Shown here piece by piece: positions 1-10,424 of a DNA stretch of 64,000 bases (positions are counted from its first letter, which is position 1; each line of letters begins with the position of its first letter). Under the pieces are notes generated by a model, which did no database searches, had not been told where the DNA came from, and saw nothing but the letters and a program-made list of their open reading frames with translations. The DNA is from a virus (Duplodnaviria > Caudoviricetes), in IMG/VR virus record IMGVR_UViG_3300024252_000005; one strand, given 5' to 3'. Made by a program: the position numbers and the translations under genes.

Positions 1-2
1 TA

Positions 3-1238
3 CTTGGATATACTTACGGCTACTTTTGCTTTCAAGAGCAATTCATGTTGATGGCACAAAAGCTTGCTGGGTTTTCACCGGGTGAGAGTGATAAGTTACG
101 AAAGACGCTTGTAAAGAAATCACTAGATACTTTGCATTCTAAAGGATCAGAAAAGGCAATTGCTAGAGAGAAGTTTATTAAAGGCGCCAAAGAGCTCAAT
201 GACATTCCTGAGAGTATTTCTTCGAAGCTCTGGCAAGACATAGAAGGTTTCGCAGTTTATGGCTTCAATCTTTCCCATGCAGTTGCATATGCTATTGGGT
301 CGTATTATGCGGCATGGCTACATACACATCACGAGACTGAGTGGATGGCAGCGATATTGCAATCTGAAAATGGTAATCCTAAAGGGATGTCAAAAGCTAT
401 TTCAGAGATTAAATCATTTGGTTACGAGATTGCTGCAATAGATATAAATCACTCAGGATTAGAATGGGAATACTCTGAAGAACTTGCAGCTTTCGTGCCT
501 CCTTTAACTTCTCTTAAAGGAGTAGGAGACAAAGCTGTTGAAGAAGTATTTGCAAATAGGCCATACAACAATTTAAATAACTTATTTTATAATGAAGAAG
601 GTGTATGGAAGCACTCAAAACTAAATAAGACAGCTTTTTCTTCGCTAGCAAAAATGGAAGCATTTAAATCTCTTTCTGAGTTTAAAGATAATACACTTGA
701 TAATCATAGACAACTCCATGATCTAATTCTAGATAACTATAATCTTCTTAAAAAAGGTAATTATGGAATGACAAAGACTGCAGCCAAAAGAGCATTAAAA
801 AACAATGAGGAGCTCACGTTAATTGTTGATAATTTATTAGATAAATATAAAATTGTATCTGATTGGAGCAGAGCAGAAAAGATTAGTAACTATTTTGATC
901 TATCTAATGACGCATCTGCAGACTTGTTGTTTCCGCCAGCTTTAATAAAAAAGCTACAGCAAAAGTCAATACAATCAATATTTGATATTGAGTCTGGAAA
1001 GAGAGGTATTGGCTGGTTTACGGTTGTTGAAGTCATTCATAAGACAACAAAGAACGGCAAGGCATTTATGCGTTGGAAGTGCGTTGACTCTAACAATAAA
1101 AGTGGTTGGTTAAGAGTTTGGGGAAACATGACTGGTAACATAGAATATTCAACTTGGTTAACAGATGTAAAAAACGATGCGGGCTGGGGAATGTCAACAA
1201 CACTTGGGAAGCTTAGAAAGATAAATGCTTTTGATTAG
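3..1238 (+). CDS. dnaE: DNA polymerase III alpha subunit (DnaE), C-terminal part; 5' end lies outside the window
   Basis: Frame is open from position 3: GYFCFQEQFMLMAQKLAGFSPGESDKLRK matches DnaE QEQ.M..A..LAGFS.GEAD.LR. Also YGFNLSHAVAYA (FNKSH motif), HhH LTSLKGVGDKA and a C-terminal OB-fold-like segment. Confidence 0.9.
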   Translation, partial: LGYTYGYFCFQEQFMLMAQKLAGFSPGESDKLRKTLVKKSLDTLHSKGSEKAIAREKFIKGAKELNDIPESISSKLWQDIEGFAVYGFNLSHAVAYAIGSYYAAWLHTHHETEWMAAILQSENGNPKGMSKAISEIKSFGYEIAAIDINHSGLEWEYSEELAAFVPPLTSLKGVGDKAVEEVFANRPYNNLNNLFYNEEGVWKHSKLNKTAFSSLAKMEAFKSLSEFKDNTLDNHRQLHDLILDNYNLLKKGNYGMTKTAAKRALKNNEELTLIVDNLLDKYKIVSDWSRAEKISNYFDLSNDASADLLFPPALIKKLQQKSIQSIFDIESGKRGIGWFTVVEVIHKTTKNGKAFMRWKCVDSNNKSGWLRVWGNMTGNIEYSTWLTDVKNDAGWGMSTTLGKLRKINAFD

Positions 1239-1267
1239 TACTGACTCTAATGAATTAACTACTTGTT

Positions 1268-1297
1268 CGTGTAAATATAATTATTATATTATATAAT
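1268..1297 (+). promoter_or_regulatory. Repeated phage promoter CGTGTAA-N17-TATAAT
   Basis: Read directly; 19 nt upstream of the ORF at 1317; same architecture at 7 other sites. Confidence 0.75.
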
Positions 1298-1316
1298 AAA
1301 ATAAAAAAGGATTACA

Positions 1317-2210
1317 ATGCGATTTACAAATATTAATATTGAAGGTCCTGACTGTAGTGGCAAGACTACATTATTTAATAGACTTCATAAAGAAACAAAT
1401 TTTAAATATAATATACAAGACAGAAGTTGCATGTCAATGTATGTTTATTCAAAGTTATATGAGCGAAGTGATACTTCTTTTTGGTTTGACAAGATCATGG
1501 ATGACATTAAGAGACTAGACACACTTTATATTATTTTGTTACCAACTGAAGATGTTTTACTTGAGAGGTTGCAAAAAAGAGGTGATGAGTTTCAAGATGA
1601 AAGTAGTATTCTTAAAGTAAGAAGTCATTTTTTAAATCTTGCAAAGGTAGGCTTTGGTTCTTACCCGAATGTTTTAGCACTATCAAACATAGAAGACATA
1701 TGTGAAAAAGTTGATTTGAGCTTGAATTTTATTGAGTCGTTAAATGATATGCCAAGTGGTGAACTCATCAAGTCAATAGTAATCAATAGTGGAAGGAATG
1801 AATTAGTAGATGTTCAATGCAAAGAAGAAGTTAAAATAGATTCACTAGATTTCTCTGTTTTAAACTTTCCTCAAGAAAAAAGTTATTATGAGGACATAAT
1901 GCAAAAGATTGAACAGAAGTTATTTAGAGAATTCTCTGGCCTAAATAATAGTAATGCACCACAAAAACATAATAGCAGAAGATTTATATACTCTGGTGAC
2001 AGTTGTATATCTTTAATTCATGCCTTATTCAGGCAAAATAGATTAAATGTTTCAGTTACAATGAGATCTTCTAACGTAATCAAAACTTTATGGGCTGATT
2101 ATGAATTTCTTAAGATATTAAGCGTAAAAATTGCTGAGCTAATGAGTCTAGAAGAGAGTATACCAGTTGATTTAACAATTAATATAAGGTCAGCACATAT
2201 TGTTCCTTAA
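1317..2210 (+). CDS. P-loop dNMP/thymidylate kinase fused to a thymidylate-synthase-fold domain
   Basis: N-terminal GPDCSGKTT and DRS. C-terminal NSRR, C230, MRS (R250, 20 aa after the Cys as in ThyA C146/R166), D261 at the ThyA N177 position, and SAHI. Confidence 0.7.
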   Translation: MRFTNINIEGPDCSGKTTLFNRLHKETNFKYNIQDRSCMSMYVYSKLYERSDTSFWFDKIMDDIKRLDTLYIILLPTEDVLLERLQKRGDEFQDESSILKVRSHFLNLAKVGFGSYPNVLALSNIEDICEKVDLSLNFIESLNDMPSGELIKSIVINSGRNELVDVQCKEEVKIDSLDFSVLNFPQEKSYYEDIMQKIEQKLFREFSGLNNSNAPQKHNSRRFIYSGDSCISLIHALFRQNRLNVSVTMRSSNVIKTLWADYEFLKILSVKIAELMSLEESIPVDLTINIRSAHIVP

Positions 2211-2833
2211 TCACCAAAATCGTAAAGATCTTTTAGATAAGATTTGAATTTATTTAGTGCGTCTTTATATGTACAAGAACCAGAATTAATATCACTATAA
2301 TATTCTTCTTTAGCATGGCTAATCAATCCTTTAACTTTTTTTCTTTCTTCTTCGCTTTGCAAGTTTAATCTGCTAAATATTTTTGATACAATATCATTAG
2401 ATACAAGATGATTTTCTAACTCTGATATTGTAAAAATATAGCATATATTACTTGTTTTGTCTTCGATACAAACATAATCATTTATATTTACACCCGGACT
2501 CTCAATAATGCCAAATAAAAATAAATCTCCATACTCCATTGCATAGTCTTCATCATAGTCACCATGATCATTTAAAGGCATATATATTAAAAGACTTTCA
2601 GGACTACAACCTAATATTTTTGAAGCTTGATCTGCATTATAGTCAAAATTGTCTTCTTTTGGATTGAAACCTACTTCTGGAAATGAAGGTTCAACTTTTT
2701 CCCAATATACATTCATTTCAGCTACTGTCTCGTCGTCATGGTTGTAAAAAGAAGGATCTGGTCTACCACCTTCTATTATTATACTTCTAATTAATCTACG
2801 AAGTTTATTCTCTGTGATTGTGAATTTTTTCAT
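2207..2833 (-). CDS. Hypothetical protein with N-terminal helical tag (KLRRLIRSIIIE)
   Basis: 208-aa ORF converging on the upstream gene; no family recognised. Confidence 0.7.
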   Translation of the reverse strand: MKKFTITENKLRRLIRSIIIEGGRPDPSFYNHDDETVAEMNVYWEKVEPSFPEVGFNPKEDNFDYNADQASKILGCSPESLLIYMPLNDHGDYDEDYAMEYGDLFLFGIIESPGVNINDYVCIEDKTSNICYIFTISELENHLVSNDIVSKIFSRLNLQSEEERKKVKGLISHAKEEYYSDINSGSCTYKDALNKFKSYLKDLYDFGD

Positions 2834-2846
2834 TTCATGCCTTGCT

Positions 2847-5636
2847 TTATTTGCAATATAATTCTTTTAGTGTTCTACCCAACAAGACTCTATGGCTTAG
2901 ATCGAGCTTAGGTGTCATTAGTTTAGTTAAGGGGCTTTTAACAAACTTTTCTAATCGATCGATTTCATTTTTATATGAACTTATCTTAGAAGAACTCCTA
3001 AATGTTTCGATAAATCTATTGTAAAATGATTCATTGTCATTGCTAATAATATCTAAAAGCCTAACTTTAGAAGTAATTAAATTATGTGCGCTATTCTTTA
3101 ATTCTACTTCTTTCTGGAAAGATTGTATTAAAATACCTATTACTAATTTTACAAAGTTAGTTATTGGTACTTCAACTAACATCTCAATTGCTTCACTACT
3201 TTCAGACATAATTCTATATAAGTTTATTGAATAAGCTAAATCATCGTATACAAACAACTTGTTGTTGTTAGAAATTAATTTATCAATGCCATATAAATAT
3301 AATTCTTTACTAATGTTGCTTCTAGAAATTGTTCTTTCAAGTTCGTTAACAAGACTATTTTTCGATAGAACATCTATTAGCTTTTTAACTTTTTCATCAC
3401 CAAGTTCAATTTTAAATTCCTCTACTACATTTACAAAGCGTGAATAAACTTCTTTACTTCTTAAGTTTTCAAATTGCTGTGTCGCGTTTATAACATCTTC
3501 AAGAAAAGTAGTTTTTTCTTTTTTTGTCATTTCTAGAAATATAGGTCTGCAAAGATCAAATTCTTTATTAGGATCCCAACCACATAAAAATATAGCGCCA
3601 AGAAGTTTAGATAAAGTTTTATAATGTATAGATTTGTTAATTATTTTACTGTGAATTTTTTGAAATTTTTGTTTTGAATTGTCAATAAGTGATGTGTATA
3701 TATCATTTATATATAAAGATGTGTCTTCTGAGACTGTGTATTTAGTTGTATACTTGTACAAAGTAGATGATATAGGAAATATATCAGATGCTGCTGATGG
3801 TTTGTTATCAATGTCAAAATCTTCGTATAATTCTGTAAATATATTTACTAATTTTTCTACCGTGCCAGACCCAAATTCTATATTGAAATTTGAATACTTG
3901 CAAAGCAAAATAAAGTTTGTAAGCAAATTTGTCCTTGCAAAGTATGTGCTAAGATTTCCTACAAAATCTACGCTTTTATCAATAAAATCATTTGCTGAAT
4001 TTTTGAATTCTTGCTCAATGCTTCCAGACCTGTTTTCTTCTTTATCATATTCATTGTGATTAAAGATTGTTGGAGAAGAGTGATAACAGTATTTAATTAT
4101 TCTTGATTTCATTTCTTCGTTAACATTAGCGTACTCATATATCACAGGAGCTAGCTCTCCTTGTGTAATAATATTTACCCACGAATAGTCTTTAAGTACT
4201 TTTTCAAACTCTACTTCCCATTTTTCTTCTATTTTATTTCTTTTTCTTAGAATATATCTAAATGCTCTTTGATATGCGTTGAGCAATTGATATTTGCTTT
4301 GATTAACGTCTTCAAAAAGATCACGATAACCTTTTAATGCAATACTAAAAAAAACATTAGAAATAATCCTAGCTTGAAAAGATAAATAATTTGAACATAA
4401 AAAATTTGTAAAACTACTTGGTTTGTATTTGCTGCTATCAATTTTTTCTATTACCATAGATAATATCTCATAAAGTGCTTCAGCGTTGCCTCTTGGGTGA
4501 TCACTTTCTATTACACTGTTTGACATGCCTAATAGAAACTTAGAAGCAAATGATCTTAGAAACGATATCTTGTCTTCTTCATTTAGTTTCTGTATACTTA
4601 ATAATGCGACTCTAATGTTTTTTAGACTTATTTCTTTTAATATATAAATACTGTTTAGATCTATAACCCCTCTAATCTTTTTCTTTTCTTTGTTTTTTTC
4701 TTCTAGCGAATAGTTTTCTTCTGCAATGTTATTCATTGTTTCAAAGTCAAGCTTATTTCTAGATTTGCTGCCTACGAAATCATTTAAGCTATCGTACCAA
4801 TCTACAAAATCAGAATTTTTTGAATCTAGTCTGCCTAAACCAATTAGCTTTGCATCGTGTTTAGGTAAAAAAGAAGCGCAGACAGGACCGTCACTACCAC
4901 CGTAAAGAATAATACCGTCGTAAAGATTAATAATATTTTCTCTTTCAAACTTTTTCATTATTATTTTACTTATCTTAGCTGTAATAATTTTTTCTTCATC
5001 TAACGTTTTGTTTAATTTAAAATCATCTACATTTATCTCATCTAACATTTTTCTTAAAACATCAGTGCTTTTATGAACAACACTTGTTTCGTTATTCAAA
5101 GAAAACATTTTTAATATTTGATTTTTTATGCTCCAGTTTTTACCATGAACTTGTTTAGCCAAGTCTTCAGTGAGTATTAGGAATCTGCTTATATCTATTT
5201 CAAATACAAGACATATGTTGCCGTAAGTTTGTGCAATAGATGGATTAAATTTATAACATGTATATAATCCTACACCATGATACGCGCCACCCCCGGGATT
5301 GAATCCGCTAGAGTCTGTATAAGGATCTCCGATCATATCTGATATTACTTGCTCTTCTACATCATTTTTAGTGACAGTTGCTACTCTATTTTTATTATGG
5401 AGATTTTTTAGTATTCTTTGTGATCTAGAGTCATCTTGAGATACAGTCCTTTCTTCACCTGTTCTAGTGGGTTTATTTAATTGATCAGTAACTCTTTCGT
5501 TATATTGTGCCCACTTTTGGTGGCTAGTTAAGTGATAACATATTAGCTTGTTTGTACTTGCATCAAAGTTAACTATACTAGGATCTAGACTAGATACTTT
5601 TGATTCTGCAAGTAACCATCTTATACTTCTGTTCAT
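2847..5636 (-). CDS. Large protein with N-terminal ADP-ribosyltransferase(PARP-like)-type domain; paralog of 5633..8479
   Basis: YHLTS...GFNPGGGAYHGVGLYT...YGNICLVFEID resembles the H-Y class ART strands; shares about 280 N-terminal aa and the C-terminal LDLSHR...TLKE.Y with the neighbour. Confidence 0.55.
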   Translation of the reverse strand: MNRSIRWLLAESKVSSLDPSIVNFDASTNKLICYHLTSHQKWAQYNERVTDQLNKPTRTGEERTVSQDDSRSQRILKNLHNKNRVATVTKNDVEEQVISDMIGDPYTDSSGFNPGGGAYHGVGLYTCYKFNPSIAQTYGNICLVFEIDISRFLILTEDLAKQVHGKNWSIKNQILKMFSLNNETSVVHKSTDVLRKMLDEINVDDFKLNKTLDEEKIITAKISKIIMKKFERENIINLYDGIILYGGSDGPVCASFLPKHDAKLIGLGRLDSKNSDFVDWYDSLNDFVGSKSRNKLDFETMNNIAEENYSLEEKNKEKKKIRGVIDLNSIYILKEISLKNIRVALLSIQKLNEEDKISFLRSFASKFLLGMSNSVIESDHPRGNAEALYEILSMVIEKIDSSKYKPSSFTNFLCSNYLSFQARIISNVFFSIALKGYRDLFEDVNQSKYQLLNAYQRAFRYILRKRNKIEEKWEVEFEKVLKDYSWVNIITQGELAPVIYEYANVNEEMKSRIIKYCYHSSPTIFNHNEYDKEENRSGSIEQEFKNSANDFIDKSVDFVGNLSTYFARTNLLTNFILLCKYSNFNIEFGSGTVEKLVNIFTELYEDFDIDNKPSAASDIFPISSTLYKYTTKYTVSEDTSLYINDIYTSLIDNSKQKFQKIHSKIINKSIHYKTLSKLLGAIFLCGWDPNKEFDLCRPIFLEMTKKEKTTFLEDVINATQQFENLRSKEVYSRFVNVVEEFKIELGDEKVKKLIDVLSKNSLVNELERTISRSNISKELYLYGIDKLISNNNKLFVYDDLAYSINLYRIMSESSEAIEMLVEVPITNFVKLVIGILIQSFQKEVELKNSAHNLITSKVRLLDIISNDNESFYNRFIETFRSSSKISSYKNEIDRLEKFVKSPLTKLMTPKLDLSHRVLLGRTLKELYCK

Positions 5637-8479
5637 TGCTTTGCCTTTACATTATAAAATCTATATACTTCTTTTAAAGTATTACCTACTATTAAACGAT
5701 GACTTAAATCAAGTTTCTTGTCTAAATTATTATTTTCTTGACCATTTGTTGGGGTTTGTATTTTTGATTTCTTTGCATCAATATTCATTTCAAGAGTAGA
5801 AATAGCTCCTCTTAATCCACTTCCTTTACTCGACTTAACCATTTTAAGAAAATATTCAAACCACGCAATATCGTTTAAGTTAATGATTTGCGGTATTGTA
5901 GTTTCTTCTTCATTAATATTTATAAAAGGAAGACTATTATGTGAGAAGAAATTATATGTAGTTGATTTTAACTTTCCACTACCTCCCCACGTGTATTCAG
6001 GAGTAGGATTTCCAGCAATAGTGTTAGCAAGATTTAAGATAATCATTTTAAGTAAGCCCGGTCTAGCAGCTCGAGCAAAAAGATTTACAATGCTTCTATG
6101 TTTATATAGTAGTCTATATACTCCTGGGTTAAATTCAAAACCTTTAAATGATAATCCTGCGCCCATTCCACCTTTTATCATGTCAGGTTCAAAAAGTTCA
6201 ATAAAGGCATCAGGATCAATATGCTTATAGGAAGCCATAGAATTTTTAGTATTGTGGTGAGATCTACTAATTTTTCTAGTAAATTTAAGCTGCTCTTCTT
6301 TTGTCAATACTATATCGTGACTTTTGATAAGTGCAATTATATAATCTGCCTGTTTTTGTCCTAAAACTTGTTTGATAACTGCAATATTGCCTATAACCAT
6401 TTTAACAAAGTTTGAAAACCATTCGCTTGATTGTCTACTTAAATAGCCAATATAATCTTGATTTTCGATCTGTTTTAAAAGCTCTGTCCCAAGCTGTCTT
6501 TTTGTAATTACTCCTAATCTTAGTTTGTACATGAAGTTGTCAATATCATTTTTAGCAGCTTTTTCATTTTCTGCTAATATTTCTTGTATTTTATCCATCA
6601 CAGGATGAGATCTATCTAGTTCTTTAACAAGATAGTTAGCTATGTTATCAAAGACGCTTTTGTTTGTCATACTTTTTATTTCATCTATATTTTCTAAAAA
6701 AGCACTTGCCAAATATTCACTTGCTTTGCTAGAAAAATAATTTATCTTGGGCAAGAAATAAAATAAATTGCTTAATAGACTCAAGTCATAATTTTGTCTT
6801 AGACTGCTAGCTGTAGGTTGTTTTTTAATTTCATCTATTGTTTTTTCTAACAATTCATTTGTTACTTTATAGTTTTTAAGCGTAGAGTCCCAGTTTAATG
6901 TATATATGGTCGAATTGACAAAAGAGTCAACTATAAGAACAATAACTCTGCTCTTTTGATATTCATCAGCATCTTTATAATAGTTTGATATTTCTTCTAA
7001 AGAGAGCGTTGATACTACAAGTTGTGGGCGAAGATCGTACACTTTCTCATTGAAATCTTTTTTAATTGCTTCACTTACTTCATTATTTTCTATATATTGT
7101 GAAATAAACTTATAAAAATCTCTTGTATCTATAGCACTTCTCTGGAATGCTTTTTCATTCATAACATATTTGATGCAGGTTTTTAAGAAAAAATCAGATG
7201 GTTTTATATTATATTTCAAATAGTTTTCAAATAATGTCCTTGAAAAATATGTTTGTGTTTGCAACACATTTTTTTGAATTAGTACATTAATTGTTTGATC
7301 AACTATCTCGTTATAAAGCGGGCCTGATTTTACAACACTTTCAGCCCAAACATATTGTGAGCTTTTAAAAGACATTAAGAAGAACTCAAGCATGTTTTTA
7401 TCATTTTTTGATTTTATATCTTCGTAATAATCAAAAAATCTTACTCTTTTTTCTTCACCTACGTCAGAAAGATTCGAATGACTCTTGAAAAATGTCGATA
7501 TTTGTAAATATTGCACATCAAAAGGAATACGCTCACTTAATTTCATTGCCTCTAATTCTTGAGGATCAGAATTTTCTGCTGCAATAGCATTTATAGTTTC
7601 AAAGTCTTGCTTTAATTTTGCACGTCCTCTTACAAAATCATTTAAGCTATCATACCAGTCAACAACTTCAGGTCGAGATGGATTTAGTCTACCTAAACCA
7701 ATTAACTTTGCGTCATATTTAGGGAAAAAAGAAGTACAAACAGGACCATCAGACCTACCATATAAAATTACTCCGTCATATACAGAAGTTATTATGTTTT
7801 TTCCAAATATCTGTAATAGATGTTGACTTATACCAGCAGTTCTTTCATTGAAAGAATTAATAGTTTTTGCCATCTTTGTTTTTTCGTCATAATCTGGAAT
7901 ATCATTAAGAACTTGTTTAAATTTCTGAATACTTTCCTCAGACTTTTCTTCTCTTTTATAGAACTTTAAAAGTTGATCTCTTATTGACCAGTCTTCACCA
8001 TGAACTTGTTTGGCTAAATCTTCAAAAGTTATTAAAAAGTTACTTATATCTACTTCAAACACTAAACATATATTACCATAGTGACTAGCAATAGAAGGAT
8101 TAAATTTGTAGCACGTATATAAACCTTTCCCATGATAGTCACCTCCGCCAGCTACAAAGCCGCTTGTCTCTGTATAAGGATCAGAGATTAAATCTTCGAC
8201 AACAAGCTCTTCTATTTGCCAGTCTTTATAGCTTTTGTTTTTTGAAACATTAGAAATTCTTTTTACAATACTTTTCGCTCGAGTATCTGTTGGCAATATT
8301 TCCCTATCAGGTCTTGAAGGAGGTGTGTCCATTCTTTTTGCAAACTCGTTATGTCGTATCCAATTTTGTTTTGAAGTCAAGTGATAACATATTAATTTAT
8401 CACCTACAATGTTTATTTTGTTTGTATCTAGTCCAGATAATTTTGCTTCTGTCAATAACCATCTTATACTTTTATTCAT
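5633..8479 (-). CDS. Large protein with N-terminal ADP-ribosyltransferase(PARP-like)-type domain; paralog of 2847..5636
   Basis: YHLTS...GFVAGGGDYHGKGLYT...YGNICLVFEVD...DGVILYGRSDGPVC; 4-nt overlap with the downstream paralog. Confidence 0.55.
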   Translation of the reverse strand: MNKSIRWLLTEAKLSGLDTNKINIVGDKLICYHLTSKQNWIRHNEFAKRMDTPPSRPDREILPTDTRAKSIVKRISNVSKNKSYKDWQIEELVVEDLISDPYTETSGFVAGGGDYHGKGLYTCYKFNPSIASHYGNICLVFEVDISNFLITFEDLAKQVHGEDWSIRDQLLKFYKREEKSEESIQKFKQVLNDIPDYDEKTKMAKTINSFNERTAGISQHLLQIFGKNIITSVYDGVILYGRSDGPVCTSFFPKYDAKLIGLGRLNPSRPEVVDWYDSLNDFVRGRAKLKQDFETINAIAAENSDPQELEAMKLSERIPFDVQYLQISTFFKSHSNLSDVGEEKRVRFFDYYEDIKSKNDKNMLEFFLMSFKSSQYVWAESVVKSGPLYNEIVDQTINVLIQKNVLQTQTYFSRTLFENYLKYNIKPSDFFLKTCIKYVMNEKAFQRSAIDTRDFYKFISQYIENNEVSEAIKKDFNEKVYDLRPQLVVSTLSLEEISNYYKDADEYQKSRVIVLIVDSFVNSTIYTLNWDSTLKNYKVTNELLEKTIDEIKKQPTASSLRQNYDLSLLSNLFYFLPKINYFSSKASEYLASAFLENIDEIKSMTNKSVFDNIANYLVKELDRSHPVMDKIQEILAENEKAAKNDIDNFMYKLRLGVITKRQLGTELLKQIENQDYIGYLSRQSSEWFSNFVKMVIGNIAVIKQVLGQKQADYIIALIKSHDIVLTKEEQLKFTRKISRSHHNTKNSMASYKHIDPDAFIELFEPDMIKGGMGAGLSFKGFEFNPGVYRLLYKHRSIVNLFARAARPGLLKMIILNLANTIAGNPTPEYTWGGSGKLKSTTYNFFSHNSLPFININEEETTIPQIINLNDIAWFEYFLKMVKSSKGSGLRGAISTLEMNIDAKKSKIQTPTNGQENNNLDKKLDLSHRLIVGNTLKEVYRFYNVKAKQ

Positions 8480-8613
8480 TATTAAACTACCTTTTTATAT
8501 ATTCTATATAAATATAAAACTAATTTTAATTCTTTTAAATAATTATGTTGTATAGTTTATGTTTAATACACCTTTATTTTAAAAATAGAGGTGTAAGAAA
8601 AGGTAGTTTAATA

Positions 8614-9300
8614 ATGAAAAATAATTCAGTTATTGTAGAGTATATTAAAGAGGCGATTAATGAAAATGTTCTTGAAGATAGTGAAGAACTTAGCTATAAT
8701 GATCATTTAATAAAGCTGGGTCGCGATCACTCTCCTGAAATAGAAAATATTTTAAAGGACAATATATACTCTGACAATAGATATGGTGGTACTTCAATGT
8801 ACAGTTTCTTCAACAAAGAGGGTGAAGGTTACAGCATGTCAGAACTTGCTGAAGAGGGTGAAGGTGCTACAAACGATATACTCGAGTATTTTCCGTCAAT
8901 ACCCTATATAGAAGATGGTTTAGATGAAAGCATTAGTGATATGGTTAGAAATCAAATAGAAAGATTACTTGACAATTTTATTAAACTCACAAGAAGTAAG
9001 TATCGTTTAAGTGAAGGTAACATATATAAAGCAATAAGAAATTCTGCTAAGTATATTACAGATGAATGGTCTTTGATATATTTAAAAAAGAAAAAAATGT
9101 TAACAGAATATATTGACAGTGAAGATCCAATAAATCAAATAATTAATAAACTACAGCTTTCAGGCTCTGAAGAGAAATATCAACTTGATTATCTTGTTAA
9201 AGATTATTTTAATCAATATTACGATGACGTTACTTCTAGCCCAGAAACATCTTTGCAAGTTTTAAAAGATAGCTTAAGTTATTATATTGACGTAGACTAA
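8614..9300 (+). CDS. Hypothetical acidic protein
   Basis: Track ORF 8545..9300; ATG at 8614 follows AAGG and gives MKNNSVIVEYIKEAINE. Confidence 0.65.
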   Translation: MKNNSVIVEYIKEAINENVLEDSEELSYNDHLIKLGRDHSPEIENILKDNIYSDNRYGGTSMYSFFNKEGEGYSMSELAEEGEGATNDILEYFPSIPYIEDGLDESISDMVRNQIERLLDNFIKLTRSKYRLSEGNIYKAIRNSAKYITDEWSLIYLKKKKMLTEYIDSEDPINQIINKLQLSGSEEKYQLDYLVKDYFNQYYDDVTSSPETSLQVLKDSLSYYIDVD

Positions 9301-9330
9301 TTTGTAATTTAAACGAAATAGTTATATAAT
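9301..9330 (+). promoter_or_regulatory. Variant promoter TTTGTAA-N17-TATAAT
   Basis: Same spacing as the CGTGTAA promoters; upstream of thymidine kinase. Confidence 0.5.
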
Positions 9331-9356
9331 TCTTTTAAAGCTAGGAAAGAAAATTA

Positions 9357-9926
9357 ATGAATCCATTTTTCAATGTTTATATAGGCCCAATGTTTGGTGC
9401 TAAGACTACAAGATTACTTGCAGATATTGATAGATTAAAGTATAAAGGTCGTAAAGTTATTGCTTTTAAGCCTAATGTTGACAAGAGATATGCAGAAGAT
9501 AAGATATCATCACATAATAATGGGACTATAAAAGCATGTTGCATAGATGATGCTAATGATATATTTAATGTAATAGAATCATTTAATCTTGACGGGACTT
9601 CTATTGACACTATTGCTGTAGACGAAGCATTTATGATAAAATATATAGATAGCGTATTAATTAGCTTGTATAGACAAGGATATAATATAATTGTAGCATC
9701 AATTCAAATGGACACTAAAGAGAAGCCTTTTGAAAATATAAAGAATATACTTCCTTGGGCAACTAAAATAGAAATTTGCCCTGCTGTATGTACAATGTGT
9801 AATGAAGATGCGTATTTTACAGAAGCATTATTTGATATTGAAAATGCTACGCAAGAAGAAAAAATTGGCGGGAAAAGTATGTATGAGCCAAGATGTGCAA
9901 AGCACCTTTCAGGATTTTCAATTTAA
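9357..9926 (+). CDS. tdk: Thymidine kinase (type II)
   Basis: GPMFGAKTTRL P-loop, IAVDEAF, CTMC...YEPRC zinc/lasso motif. Confidence 0.92.
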   Translation: MNPFFNVYIGPMFGAKTTRLLADIDRLKYKGRKVIAFKPNVDKRYAEDKISSHNNGTIKACCIDDANDIFNVIESFNLDGTSIDTIAVDEAFMIKYIDSVLISLYRQGYNIIVASIQMDTKEKPFENIKNILPWATKIEICPAVCTMCNEDAYFTEALFDIENATQEEKIGGKSMYEPRCAKHLSGFSI

Positions 9927-10354
9927 TGAGTTCTATTGATCGACCGTCGTGGGATAGTACGTGGATGAAAGTTGCAGAAACGATTGCACTAAGAAGTCAC
10001 CATTCAGAGTTTAAAGTAGGAGCACTTATTGTAACGTCAGATAATACACAAGTTCTTTCTTTAGGGTATAATGGTAATGCAGCAGGAATGTCAAACGTGC
10101 CTCAATCTGAGAAACCTGGCTGTAGTGGTTTGCTGCATGCTGAAATAAATGCTTTGCTTAAGCTTGATTATAATAATCCTAAAGACAAAGTCATGTATTT
10201 GACATTGAGTCCTTGCGAGATGTGTGCAAAAGCTATTATTAATAGTGGAATAGATAAAGTAGTATATAAAGAGAAATATAGAGATGAAACAGGAATTAAT
10301 CTATTACGAAAAATGAACGTTTCTATAGAGAAATATATTATTGATGAGGAATAG
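9926..10354 (+). CDS. dCMP deaminase
   Basis: RPSWD, HAEINA and SPCEMC zinc motifs; ATG at 9926 overlaps the tdk stop (track start 9893). Confidence 0.9.
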   Translation: MSSIDRPSWDSTWMKVAETIALRSHHSEFKVGALIVTSDNTQVLSLGYNGNAAGMSNVPQSEKPGCSGLLHAEINALLKLDYNNPKDKVMYLTLSPCEMCAKAIINSGIDKVVYKEKYRDETGINLLRKMNVSIEKYIIDEE

Positions 10355-10424
10355 TTTAATATTAAAAAACAATTCTTAATATATAGTTACTATAAAGAAA
10401 TACAAAGTATAAGAGGATTGTTTC

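Noticed and set aside
3-1238. Intein in DnaE
   Set aside because: The visible part is colinear with DnaE and has no HN-C/S junction or LAGLIDADG block.
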